Positions 1-27,000 are shown, counted from the first letter of the stretch. The stretch: 64,000 nt of DNA from Callorhinchus milii (GCF_018977255.1 NW_024704743.1:3226001-3290000); one strand, 5' to 3'. Made by a program: numbers and translations. Notes: generated by a model not told the origin, from the letters alone.

Positions 1-250
1 AGGGCACTATATAAATGCAAGTTGTTGTTATTATTTTGGCTGTGCTTCCAGTTTCCTTATTAAGGAATAGAAATAGCTGTACATTAGACCTTCTCTCCCA
101 CTGCCCTCCTGTTTTGTCCTGTTAACGCCGTTCAACTCTTAACACTGGGACAAATGGTTGAGAACTTCAAGATGGCATGCGTCTTTTTAACTTGCAACAT
201 GTTATTTTGCTTTTTGTTTCAGAGTTTGACGGTGGGCAGGAGCTGACAAC

Positions 251-14037
<13,787 letters not shown>

Positions 14038-14169
14038 GAGTGCACGTGAGTGCGTGTCTTAAAGGAGCGAAGTGCTGATAGCACTTGACTCGCAAGCGAG
14101 AGGACCCCGGGGTTCGAGGTCCCGCCTGTGGTTACTCCTTTTATATATTTTTTAAAAAAAAGACCTACT

Positions 14170-14650
14170 CTCTATCCCTTCAACCTCGCGCACTACCGGT
14201 GCATTTCATGGCTTCCTGGCCAAAGCCCTGGAGCGCACGGTCGCAAACCAATCTCGCTCGCACCTCGCCCTCCACTCCCTGCTCGAGCCCCTCCCAGTCC
14301 GGTTCCTGCCCAGCCCGCAACACTGAGACGAGCACTCGTCGACGTGACAAGTGACGTCCTCGCTCTCTCTGACCAGGACTTCCTCTGCCTCCTCGTCCTC
14401 CTGGACCCCCTCTGTCGGGTTCGAAACAGTCGCCCCCACCTTCCTCCTCCACTGCCTCCGGAACTCTCTCCCTCAGTCCCTCACCTTGCCCCCCGCCCTT
14501 CCCACCTTCATATCTAACCTAAAGACTTTCCTTTTTGAGCGTGCTTACGGTCACCTTCCTCTCCCCACCCCCACCCCGCTCCCCCTGACTCGGAGGTCAG
14601 ACTCCGCCACTGTCAGGCGCTCCGGGATGCTATATAAGAGCAAGTTGTTG
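14170..14650 (+). mobile_element. L2-clade LINE fragment (RT region plus 3' tail)
   Basis: Frameshifted RT-like peptide …ALVDVTSDVLALSDQDFLCLLVLLD…, followed by the locally common L2 tail ending gcaagttgttg. Confidence 0.75.
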
Positions 14651-14680
14651 ATCTGTAGTGTTAACCTCCTGTCTGTGCAG

Positions 14681-14718
14681 TGCGGTGCGAGCGGAAAGTC
14701 TGCTGATGAATGATCAGG
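14681..14718 (+). CDS. ADCK5: ADCK5 exon 14, start only (inverted, runs into gap)
   Basis: tgtgcag|T GCG GTG CGA GCG GAA…; with the AG left over from exon 13 it gives …LLMAK-S-AVRAESLLMNDQ, like ADCK5 …MAKRAVRG…; phase 2 matches. Confidence 0.75.
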
Positions 14719-14743
14719 NNNNNNNNNNNNNNNNNNNNNNNNN
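14719..14743. other. Assembly gap (25 N)
   Basis: Run of N. Confidence 1.
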
Positions 14744-15519
14744 TGCAGTGTTTAAGATGCCAAAGGAACTAAATCACGTAGACAATGATAAGCTGTTTTA
14801 TTTTGTACTGAACAGTCGATCCGGAGGAGGTGGTCTGCGATTCAAGAGGAGTAAATTAAAAACTTGCAAACTCCACTTAAACCAGAACTCCGCCACCCAC
14901 ATAATCACCCACACTAAACTCCATAACCCCATCACACCAGTTCTTTCCAGGCTCCACTAGCTCCTCATCACCGAACAGATCGACTTCAAGATCCTCTCAC
15001 ATGCCTTCAAATCCCTTCTTGCCCTGGCACCTCCCTGCCTCTCCAACCTGCTTATGCCCCAATCCACTACCCCTTGCCTCTGCTCAACTGACTCTGGCCT
15101 CCTGCATGTCCCTCGCGCCTTCTGCTTGCCGTGCCTTCAGCCGCTACGCCCAAAACACTGGAACTCTCAATCTCTATCTCTCCACCTTGCCACCACCTTC
15201 TCCGTCTTCAGGTCACGTCCCCCCACCTTGGTGTCGTGCTCCGCTACTGTCGAGTGCCCTGAGACACTACCCTCCGTTACAGTGGGGCGCTATGGAAATG
15301 CAAATTGTTGTTGTTGTCATCATCATCGCTTTCTACAGTCTTCCAGTCTTGTGCGGACAGCAGGAACCAGTAGGGCTGCCCCTACCCCAACCTGCAGCGA
15401 GGTCCCTGCTTCCCTCACTGTGGCGTGTGAGAGGCCATTCAGACTGCGGGTCGGTCCTTAAGTTAATTTCTATTGTGTTCAATGGGAACCCGAAGGGCTG
15501 CAGAGGTTCGAACCATTAC

Positions 15520-15600
15520 CTGTAGGACAGATAGTGCACCATTCTTTCCGTATCCTGAACACACAACAATCTCCAGGTCTGGCTCCGGATTATTCTGGAA
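15520..15600 (-). CDS. CPSF1: CPSF1 exon 16 (inverted)
   Basis: Minus strand ttccag|[27 protein letters not shown]|gtaatg. Confidence 0.93.
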
Positions 15601-17008
15601 CTGGAAAGCGACACAGGGAAGGAAGTTAGGCAGTGTGCAACAGAACAGAACGGGAAAATCTTAACCCAGAAGACTAGTGGTATCGTTCAGCTGTTAAAAA
15701 CCTTGTTATTTCCTTCCTATAATCAAATTACATTGGAGTCCTGTAGAATGTTGTCAGAGCACTCGCTTTGCAAGCGAGAGGATCTGGGTCCAATTCCCGG
15801 GCAGGGCGAAACTTTGGGCAGGTTTCCTTACTCCACACGCCTCTGTTTACCTATAATAATAATAATCCTTGCATTTGATATAGCGCTTTTCACGTCGGGA
15901 GGACATCCCAAAGCGGGAGGACGGGAGGACGTTACCTAGCAGTAAGTAGGAACCTGGTTGTTAGTCGATTGTCGGATCGCTTTTCCAAGGATAATAAATT
16001 TAAAGTGCTTCACAGAATATATTGTAAAGTGGAATGACTGTGCAAATGCACGTACTCGCATCCACATCCCCATAGCTGCTCCCCAATTTCTGCGTGCCAT
16101 TTTGACACCCACCCAGCTGACCAAAAAATCAAGTCCTTCGCAATCCCCCAAATAAAATCAGTCGCTCGCTCTGTGCCTGTTTGTGGGACGTTGCTGTGCG
16201 CAAACTGGCTGCCTCGCTTCGCCCACAAAATTACAGAGTTACTTAATTTGCTTAGTTGCATGAAAGAGAACCAGTCGATTTCATTTGCGCCTGTACAATT
16301 ACTTCGGCTAATTGCATTGGTTGAGGAGTTGACAGCATGACAACCAACGGGACTTGCAGTTACGGCGATTTACGGCGAGGAATGAACTCCACAAGGCAGA
16401 TCCACGGGGGGTGAACTTTCTTTGCAAACGCTGTACTCACACTCGTTTTCAAATCCCTCGCGCCTCCCTATCTATCTGACCTGCTTACCCCCCCACTCCA
16501 ACACCCACTGCCTCTGCTCGGCCTGGCTCCGGCCTCCTGTTTGTCCCTCGTCCCCTCTGCTCCACCCTTCAGTGGCCGTGCCTTCAGCCACTAGCCTCAG
16601 GAACTCTCTCCCTCAATCCCTCCACCTTGCCCCCTCCCTTCCCACTTTCAAATCTCGCTTAATGACCTTCCTTTTTGATCGTGCTTATGGTCACCTCCCC
16701 CTTCCCTCTCCCCCGGCTCGGTGTCAGAGACCGCTACTGTCAAGCACTCTGGGATGCCACCCCTCGTGCCGTGTTTCGCCCACAAAATACACAGTCAATC
16801 CACTTTACAGTATATCCTGTGAAACGCTTTGAGGCGCCTCGATGACGTGATAAGGCGCAATTATTATTATTATTTCTATTGAGGTAAAAGAACTTGACAA
16901 AATCAAACTGTGGCATTCTCTAACAGCTATAAGATACAGCTGCAAGCTGTAAGACACACAGCAAAGATGGGAATTCCCAGTCACAAGGATAAGGCAATCA
17001 TTACTCAC

Positions 17009-17083
17009 CTCCTCAGAGAGGAAAGCAGGTTCTCCCATTGAAGCATTTACACAAGGACCGATATTCAATATGCTGTCACAAAC
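17009..17083 (-). CDS. CPSF1: CPSF1 exon 15 (inverted)
   Basis: Minus strand ccacag|[25 protein letters not shown]|gtgagt. Confidence 0.95.
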
Positions 17084-17691
17084 CTGTGGTAGAAAGAAGA
17101 AATTATCTTAATGCACAGAGAATGAGGATGTGGAACATATTGCCGCAGCATCTATTAAAGCTGAGTTCTGTAGCTTTGTGGTTTGCTGTAACCACTATTA
17201 TTACCCCCAGAAAACCAATCTGCCAATCGATTAACAATCCGGTTCCCACTTACTGCTAGGTAAACGGAGGTGCGTGGAGTAACAACAACATTACATTTGT
17301 ATAGCGCCTTTCACGTCAGGAGGACGGCCCAAGGCGCTGAAGGAAACTTGCCTCAGGTTTCTCCCTTCCCGGGAGTAGAACCCAGGTCCTCTCCCTTGCG
17401 AGGCGAGTGCTCTAACCACTAAGCTACAAGAGGGTCGGCCGGATATCTCATTAGGATCTGCTATTTACACAGCCCGTTGCGAAGATCGCAAATTTTAATC
17501 CTAAAACCGCTGTAATTCACAGCAAGAACACACACATCCACGCGAGACACGCACACGAGGTGCACATGAAAACACACACACTCACAGCAGACTTTTATCA
17601 TTCCCCCAAATGGTAATGGAAGGAAATCCTGTAAAGAATTGTGAAAGGTGCAACCAAGACAGCCCCTTGGAGGGTTAATCCTAGACTTTAC

Positions 17692-17745
17692 CTCAAAGGA
17701 ATATGTGGCCAGCTGAGTGCCAGACTGTGCTTCATTACCATAAAC
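17692..17745 (-). CDS. CPSF1: CPSF1 exon 14, 3' half (inverted)
   Basis: Minus strand VYGNEAQSGTQLATYSFE|gtaaag with no acceptor in front; continues …DEIE exactly. Confidence 0.93.
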
Positions 17746-17776
17746 CCGTTTGCCAGTGGGGTGGGGAGGGGGTTAC

Positions 17777-18035
17777 CTTTTGGCCATGAGAAGGTAGCGG
17801 TTGGCGGGGGAGCCCAGGGCGCTGTGGATGCCTCGCACGGTGTTGATGTTCCTGAAGACGAGCAGCATGGGCCGGGGCAGGGCCTTCAGCACCTGCATGA
17901 TGCGGTCAAAGTGCTGAGTGGCCATGTCCCTCATGTAGCGCGTCTCCTCGCGGCTCAGGACGTTCGCCAGGTACAGCGTACTCACTCGCATGTTGATGGG
18001 CCTCTGCATCAGGATCTCACAGAACAGGAAGTAGT
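17777..18035 (-). CDS. ADCK5: ADCK5 exon 13
   Basis: [12 protein letters not shown]…[40 protein letters not shown]. Confidence 0.95.
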
Positions 18036-21000
18036 CTGGGACACACAGAGTGAGAGAAAATGCGGTCAAGTGTAAAGACTATTTATTGGCAAATTTATTT
18101 CGACCATTTATTGTTAGCCAAGACACCCGGAGAAATGTCCTCTCCACCCCCTCGAATAGCATCATAGGATCTTCGGTTTAACAACTCACCCCCACTGGAG
18201 GGGAGGGGGGGGGTGGCACAGTGTAGAGCAAACCCCCACCTCCCTCAACCATCCCCTCGTGGTGTCAGCCTGAACACTGAGCTCATTGTTCCGCTATCCA
18301 TTTCCACACCGCGACTGTACAGTGACCCTCTCCCACACACACACACACAGTGACTGTACAGTGACTCTCTCCCACCCACACACAGTGACTATAACAGTGA
18401 CTCTCTCCCACACATACACACAGTAACTGTAACAGTGACTCTCCCACCCACACACAGTGACTATAACTGACTCTCTCTCCCACACACACACACAGTGACT
18501 GTACAGTGACTCTCCCACACACACACAGTAACTAACAGTGACTCTCTCCCACACACACACAGTGACTATAACAGTGACTCTCTCCCACATACACACAGTA
18601 ACTGTAACAGTGACTCTCTCCCACACACACACACACACACAGTGACTGTAACAGTGACTCTCTCCTACACACACATTGACTGTACAGTGCCTCTCACCCA
18701 CACACAGCAACTGTAACAGTGACTCTCACCCACACACACACAGTAACTGTAACAGTGACTCTCTTCCACCCACATAGTGACTGTAACAGTGACTCTCTCC
18801 CACACACACACAGTGATTGTAGTGACTGACTGCAGTGAGGCTCTTTGAGAGGGTGGAGGTTGCAAGGATTATTTCCCCCCTGATGGCCCAGACAGTCTAA
18901 CCTTGGACACCCAGCTCCCAGGAGTATTTCCTCATATCAGCATCGTTGTGGATGATGATGGAACGCCAGAGTTTGCAGAGATTCTTCCTGTCCCTGCAAC
19001 ACAAACTCTGTCAACCCCAGCTCCGAGCATAAAACCGCCCCCCCGCCTCACCCCCCCCCGCCCCCACCACCCCTCACAACCCCACCCCCAACCCTCACTT
19101 TGCACCCTCACCCCCAACACCACCCCCTTACACTCCCACTCTCACCCCCTCCCCAACCTCATCCCCTCCCAATAGCCTTTATACAGGGTGAACAAAAATT
19201 CATGATATCTCCCTATTATCTAAAAAAAAAAATTTCTTTAAGACTTATTAGACATTGTGATGGTATCAGGACTTTTTGGTCACTCTGTACAAAGTCTCAC
19301 CCTGTAACCAGAGGGGCTGATGTCAGGAGCCGGGGTCAGGACTCACTCACCTCATACTGAGGAACTCGTACAGTCCGTGATCCAGTAGCACTAGCTGTGC
19401 TTGACCATCAGGCCCTCTCCGCACCAGTACTGTACAATGCACACAGACAGCGAGAGAAAGAGAGAACATCAGCCATCAGAGTGGGACACTCAACCCATTC
19501 ATCTCCTAATCAAGAATATAATGTGGACTCACACAGCTCAGTGGTTAGCGCACCGACCTCGCAAGCAAGAGGACCGAGTTCGATTCCCGGGCAGGGCAAA
19601 AGCTTACGCAAGTTTCCTTCTCCACACACACTGTTTACCTCCAGAAAGCAATCCGCCAAATGACTAACAACTGGGTTCCTACTCACTGCTAGGTGAACAG
19701 ATGCACATGGAGAAAGAAAACTTGCCTATGGTTTTGACCCGCCCTTTGAATCAAAAACCTGGTCCTCTCGCTTGCGATGTGAGCGCACGAACCACCAAAC
19801 TACAGGCCTCCACTAACAAGCTTACGAGCGCGTGTCTCCTCACGCCCTTGTAAAATTTACGAGGCACTTACACAGTGTCTCAGAGTCCTTAACAAAGGGG
19901 TTCCTTTACCCCAAACAATTCCTTCATAATTATTGGAAATAATAATATGTGCATTTGGAGGCCTATCATTATTTATTAATCACATCATTGGGAGCTTCAC
20001 AGGATTTTCCTGTAATATGTTAACGACTGCGTATTTTGTAGGTCAAACGCAGCAGCCAATTTGCACACAGCAGTGACCCACAAGCAACCATGCAGTGAAT
20101 GACCAGTTCTATCTGGCGGATATTGGACAGGACACCGGGAGAGAGAAACTCCCTTCTCCTTTCCAACAGCGCCGCGGGAGCTTTAACACCCACCTGAACA
20201 GGCACAGACGGGGCCATCGTTTAATGTCTCAGTCGAAGGAGGGATGAGCCACTTATAATCATAATTCTTGCCTTTGATATAGTGCCTCATCACGGAAAAG
20301 TGATCCGCCAAACGACTAACAACCGGGTTCTTACTTTACTGCTAGGTATAGAGGCATGCGGAGTAGGGAAACTTGCCCAACATTTCGACCTGCCTGGGAA
20401 TCGAGCCCAGGTCCTCTCGCTTGGGAGGCAAGTGCTCTGACCACTAAGCTACAGGACTCCACTTCACTAGTTCCTGATCGCACCTGAAGGTAAGGGTAAG
20501 CGTCCCTACAAAAACAACAACTTAATTTTTCTAGCACCCTTTATGCCAGACGGCATCTCGGGAGCATTTAACCGGGCCACTAGTTACTGAGTCTCAGAGC
20601 ACTGTCTGGCCTGGGATGTGAGGAGACACTGCCACTTACCATTTCCAGGGTGAGGATCAGCGTGGATAAAGCCCGTGTAAAATATCTGCTCGGCAAAGAC
20701 CCTGATCAGCTTGTCTGAAACCTGAGCCAAAGGAAGGAGGTTGAAAGAAAGCAGAGAGTTAGTACGGTCTGGAATGCACTGCCTGAAAGGGTCGGTGGAA
20801 ACATATTCAATAACAATTTTCAAAAGGGAATTGGATAGAAATTTGAAAAGGAAAAGCTTCCAAGGATATGGGCAAAGAGCGGGGGATTGGGATTGATTGG
20901 GTCGCTCTTCTAAAGAGCCGGCACAAGGGGGTGGGAAGAGAGGTGACTTTGGCCCAGTCAAAGAGTACGTTCTTAAGGCAGACTCTGAAGGAGGCGAGGG

Positions 21001-24000
21001 AATGGGTGAGGAATAGGAGCTGGGGAATGGAGGTCCAGAGGGTAGGGACAGAAAGCCTGACCGCTGATGGTAGAGCAGGCAGACGGGGGACGTGTAGCCG
21101 AGCAGAGGGAGGAGGCATGTTGGTAGGGTTTATGAAGGTCACAGAGATCGCGAAGGGATGCAAAAGTGAGGACAATCAGAACTTACGTCTTTCACATTCA
21201 CACCCCGCTCCTTCAGTTCCGCCAGGTTGGTGATTTTACACCCATCACAGTAATCCGCAGTCAGGACTCTCTGAGAGAAAGCAGACAGACTTCAGCCCAA
21301 ACACATACTCACTCAGCCCCAACCCTCAAACACACACACTCACTCACCCCCAACCCTCATACACAGCCCCAAACCTAACACATATACACACACACACACA
21401 CACACAGGTTGTACCTATTAAAGCTACACATTAAAGATAGAGCCCCATTAACCAATAAACCATCAAGCAATGGCTTAGGGCCCCCGGTCTGAGGGTTTCC
21501 TCTCTTAACTACACGCTCCCTCTCTCTTGCTCCCACTCTCCATGTTGCCTCACAACCCAAACACACACGTGCACACCACACACACAGGCACGCACAGTTG
21601 CACACACAACACATGCACCCCACCCCCACTCACACAGCCTGACTTGATCTCTCTGACTTCTAAACATCTCAAGTGTTAATGAGGATGGATGTAAAGTGTC
21701 GATCAGCCACTGACTGAATCAGTGATGTCCCCCTCGGCCTCACTCACCTTGCTGCTCTTGTCCCAGTATACCTTCGGGATGACCACGTATTTGAAGTCTT
21801 TGAGATCCTGGGAACAGCGCTCCGCGTTCCGGCCCTCATTCTCAAAGTCCAACTCCTGCGCTAGTGCCCCCTTCAGGTCCTGTTCCGGCAGAACACAAAC
21901 AAGGTCTTCAATAAATGGATGGATTGATAAGAGGCAACAGAGCGCTCCAGTGCTACTGCTCCCTTCCTCAGTGGCTCCTGCTTAGCCAGGCTCATTCTGG
22001 TTTTTTTTTTTTGAGTCAGTCAGGTGTCTAACACACTCAGAAACCCATCACCGTGCTCAATAGAAACATAGAAAGAAGTAGACCATTCAGCCCCTCAAGC
22101 CTGTTCTGCCATTCTCTCAGATCATGGCTGATCTGTACCTTAAGTCCAATTACATGCCCTTGCCCAGTATCCCTTGATACCCTGACCTAACAACCATCTA
22201 TGCATCTCGGCATTGAAAATGTGAACGGATCCAGCCAACATCCACAGCCTTTTGGGGGGAGAGAGTTCCAGATTTCAACTACCCTTTGTGAGTGAAAAAC
22301 TGCCTCCAAATTTCACACCTAAATGGCCTAGCTCTAATTTTAAGACTATGCCCCCTTGTTCTGGATTCCCCCACCCGAGGAAATAGTTTCTCCTCAAGAG
22401 TAACGGTCTCCAAACCAAACTGAGAATTCCATGTATCCCACTTACACGTGAGTGTTGGAACGGAATCCTTGGAGGGACACATCCTGCTTACCAAATCCGG
22501 GCAGTCTTAGCTGCAGGTTGGCGAGAGCCAAGGGTTGTGGGGGGGGGGGGGGGAGGACCCCCAGAGTGCGCGTTGGGGTAACTGCTGGAGTGTAACCAGC
22601 TAAAACCGAACACTTGTGCTCATGATAGCAAATTGGCTGCATGCTCCTCCCTCCCTCTGGCTCGGCGGGCGAGAGCTCACCTGTGTCAGCGTGACTAGCC
22701 CTGAGCCTGTTCAGCGCAAGAGGACAGTGTACCTACCCGGAGCACCCAGCGGAAGCCAAACTTTGGATGCATCAGTTCAACGATGTCCAGGAGGAACTCC
22801 AGAGTCAGGATGTCTCCGTCAAACCGGTCCCGTAGATCGATGAACTGCACCTGAAACGTCCATGATTTAAGGTCTTCAGTCGTGATGTGAAAGAAGGGAA
22901 GGAGGGATCAAGGCAGAGAGATTGAGGGAGTCTCAAAGCTTCTGGGCGCAGTGGCTGAAAGCATGGCCGCCGATGGTTTAGTGGAGGGGATGAGGGACAA
23001 GCAGGAGAACAGAGCCAACCGAGCGGAGGCTGTGGGTAGTGGAGTGGGAAGAAAGCAGGTCAGAGAGGTAGAGAGGTGGCAGGGCATGAAGGGATCTGTA
23101 GGCAAGAGAAAGGTGCACATTAAACGGTCTCTTTACCATGTAAGTGCACAGTGTAAGTGTGACTTCACACTATATAAGTGTAATTGGCCTGTGATTGAAG
23201 GGGGGTAAATTCAGAACGAATCTACGCAGACACTATTTCAGTGAACGAGTAGTGAACCTGTGGAACAGGCTCTCTAGGGAGATGGTTGAAGCAGGAAGTG
23301 TTGATTCCTTCAAACACAGATGAGTTTGTTTTCTATTAGGAAATAACATTATGGGATATAGTACATAGATAGCTTGGGACATATCGTGCATGCGACTGTC
23401 AGGAAGGTGGAAGGTGAACTAGGTGGATCTTGGTCTTGTATTTCTTATGTAATCTCTCACAATGTGAAGTGCACAGTGTAAGTGTGACATCTCAACAACA
23501 AAAACAACGTACAGGTGTATCATGCCTTTCATGTCGGGCGGACATCCCAAGGCGATGCAGTCAAGGATTTGGACCCGAGCAGAGGGTTGGCATCAGGAGG
23601 GCGGGAAGGGTAAGGGTAGGAGGGTGAACCAAAGGCTCGGTCGAAGAGGAGCGTCTTGAGATGTGCCTTGAAGGAGGAAAGGGACGGAGCAAGGTGAAGG
23701 GATTGCGGGATGGAGTTCCAAAGAGTGGGGGCAGAGAGGCTGAAGACCTGACCGTCGATGGTGGAGTGGGCCGTACGGTGGATGCGGAGCAGGCCGGAGC
23801 CTGCTGAGCGGGGTGGAGGGAGCGGACAGGTTGATACGGCAGTGCACACACATAGCATGAGCCTCACAGAAGGGGAGTGGAGCGATACCTACTTTGACAG
23901 CCACAGGAGTCCCGTCAGGCAGCTCTGCCTTGTGTACCTGGGACAGGCTGGCGGCCGCGAATGGCTCATAGTCAAATTTCCTGAAGAGCCTGTCTGGGCT

Positions 24001-27000
24001 GGTGTTGAAATCTTCCCAAAATAACACGTCCACCTGGTGACAGCACAAACAGCAGCTGACACTACATCATAATAATTGCTGCTATCGATACAGCGCCTTA
24101 TCACCTCTTCGAGACGTCTCAAAGCGCTTCACAGGATATACTTCAAAGTGTGTATTTTGTGGGTGAAACGCGGCAGCCAATTGCGCACATCAGTGTCCCG
24201 CACACAGTTGTGGATTGAGTGACCCAATCATTTTTCTTTGAAGGATTACTCCCGGAAAAGCGATTCGCCAGTCGACTAACAACCGGGTTCCTACTCACCA
24301 CTAGGCAAACAGAGCCATGTGTGTGGAGCAAGAAAACTTACCTAAGGTTTCGTCCCCTTCCCGGCATCAAACTTGCAAGTGGACCCAGATATGATTCCCG
24401 GGCGGGCCGATTAGATGGAAAATTAATAATTAATAATAGATCATTACAGCACCGAAACAGGCAATTCAGCTCAACAAGTCTAGGGATGGGGGACTTTAGT
24501 TATGTGGAGAGGTGAGAAAAGCTGGGATTGTACTCCTTAGAGCAGAGAAGGTTAAGGAGAGATTTAATAGAGGTGTTCAAAATTCTGAGCGGTTTTGTTA
24601 GAGTAGATAGGGAGAAACTGTTTCCACTGGCAACTGGATCGGTAATCTGAGGACATAGATTCAGGATAATTGGCAAAAGAACCAGAGGAAAGTTGATGAG
24701 AATTGTTTTTGACACAGAGAGTTGTTACAGTGTGGAATGCACTGATTGGATTATGGAAACAGATTCATTAACAACTTTCCCAACGGAATTGGATAGGTAC
24801 TTGAAACGCACAAACTTGCAACGGTATGGGGAAAGAGCGGGCAATGGGATTGATTGGGTGGCTCTTCCAAAGAGCCGGCACAGGATGGGCCGAATGGCCT
24901 CCTTCTGTGCTGTAATATTCTATGATTCTATTTAAGACTTTGGGTAATGAGATGGGACTCTTCCCACAGGAGGCGAGAAAGATGACGACAAACCAGTGAG
25001 AAACGTACCTCTTGTTCCATCCTTCTGAGGGCCTGGTCCTCCAGCACACGCAGGGTGTTCGTGTACTCTGGGGGCAGCAGGTGGTTGAAGGCACACAGCC
25101 CCTGCCCCAGTTTGATGTACAGGCCCCCGTTCTTGATGGCTCCCTCCACGATGTTATTCGCTGCTCGCTGGTGACAAGCGGACATTTTTGCTAAGTAGTT
25201 CTGGCTGTTCTGATGACAGGATTCAAAAAGAACATAGCAGTGTCACTAGTACACACTGGTACCTAACACAGCGCCTCTGTGCAAGGAAATGGTGCGTCAG
25301 CCTGGCTCACTGGGAGCACATTCGCCCCGGAGTCCGAAAGTTGTGGGTTGAAGCTCCCCTAGCACTGTGCTACGGTGGCCTCACTTTAGAGGATAGTTTA
25401 AAATCTTTGTCCTCGCCCTTCAAAGCCCTCCCTCCATTGCTTTGCTCCTCCCTACCTCTGTGACCTGCTAACCCCGTATCAACCTGTCCGCTCCCTCCGC
25501 TCAGCAAGCTCCGGCCTGCTCCACGTTCCACCGGCCGGCTCGCCCCATCAGCGGTCGGGTCTTCAGTGTCTCAGCCCCCACCCTTTGGAACTCCATTCCA
25601 CCGCCCCTTCGCCTCGCTCCCTCCCTTTCCTCCTTCAAGGTGTGTCTTGAGGCCCTCTTCTTGGACCGCGCCTACGGCCACCCTCCTACCCCCACCCTCC
25701 CTACCCTCCACCCTTCCTGATCCCAACCCCCGGCTCGGGTCCAAATCCCTGACTGTCCAGCGCCTTGCGACGTCCTCCTGACATGAAAGGAGCTATGCAA
25801 ATGTAATTTGTTGTTGTCGTCAGTGATAGTGTGCAGACTGCCTGATGGGCTGGCACGTGTGGCACTTGGCTCGGAGACTCGCTCATGGGTCTCATCAATT
25901 CTAAGCTGGACAGCATCTCTCTCGAATGTGACATTTGCTGGAATTTTGTGTGAACTCAAACCCGCGCAACAATAATAATTTATATCTACAACAACTTGCA
26001 TTTATATAAAGCCCTTCACGTGCGGTAGAGTCCCGGAGAGCTTGATAGTGACGGAGTCCGATACTAACCAGAGGGAGCGGGGGAAGTGACCGTAAGCACG
26101 ATTAAAAAGGAAGGTCTTTAGAGAGGGATTTGAAGTGGGGAGGGAGGGGGCGAGCAGAAGGAATTTAGGATAGAGTTCTACAGAGCGAAGTGGAGCAGAG
26201 TGGCTGAAAGTTCCTGATTTCACACCAGAGCAGAGCAGGCAGGGCATACCAAGTAGGTCTTTGCTCGGTGAAACAGGCGGACACAGGGGCCAGAGAGCTT
26301 CCAATGGAAGCCTGAACTAATAATAATAATCTTTGCATTTGATGTAGCGCCTTATCACGTCTTCGAGACGTCTCAAAACGGTATATTTCAAAGTGAATTG
26401 ACTGTATATTTTGTGGGAGAAACGCGGCAGCAAATTGCATACAACAGTGTCCCACAAACAGTCGTGGATTGAGTGACCAAGTTATTATTTATTTAGAAGT
26501 CGCTGGGAACACTCAGCAGATCAGGCAGCACCTATGGAGAAAAGAAAGTGAGTCAATGTTTTGGGTCCATGACCCTTCGTCAGAACTGGTGGACCTGAAA
26601 CGATGACTCAATTTCCCTTCTCCATAGATGCTGCCTGACCTGCTGAGTGTTCCCAGCGACTTCTGTTTTTGTTTCAGATTTCCAGCATTTGCAGTATTTT
26701 GCGTTTATTATTTATTTATTTTTGGTTAAAGGGATTATTACCCCCGGAAAGCGATCCCCCCAATCGACTAACAAGTGGGTTCCTACTTACTGCTAGGTAA
26801 ACAGAGGCGTGTAGAATAAGGAGACTTACCTAAGGTTTTGCCCTGCCTGGGAATCGAACCCAGGCCCTCTCGCTTGCGAGGCGTGTGCTCTAAGCTACAG
26901 GACTATGTTAAAATGTGAAAGTGGGGGGAGGGAGGAATACTTACCTCCTCCATTCCCCGCAGGTCAATGTTCATCGTCCACCAATAGTCTGTGGAGATTT

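Noticed and set aside
15520..17745. A separate, duplicated CPSF1 paralogue on the minus strand
   Set aside because: The exons are non-redundant with the + strand set and continue exactly at the mid-exon break, so inversion of one gene fits better.
18283..18865. Cys/Val-rich ORFs
   Set aside because: Translations of a (CA)-containing minisatellite.
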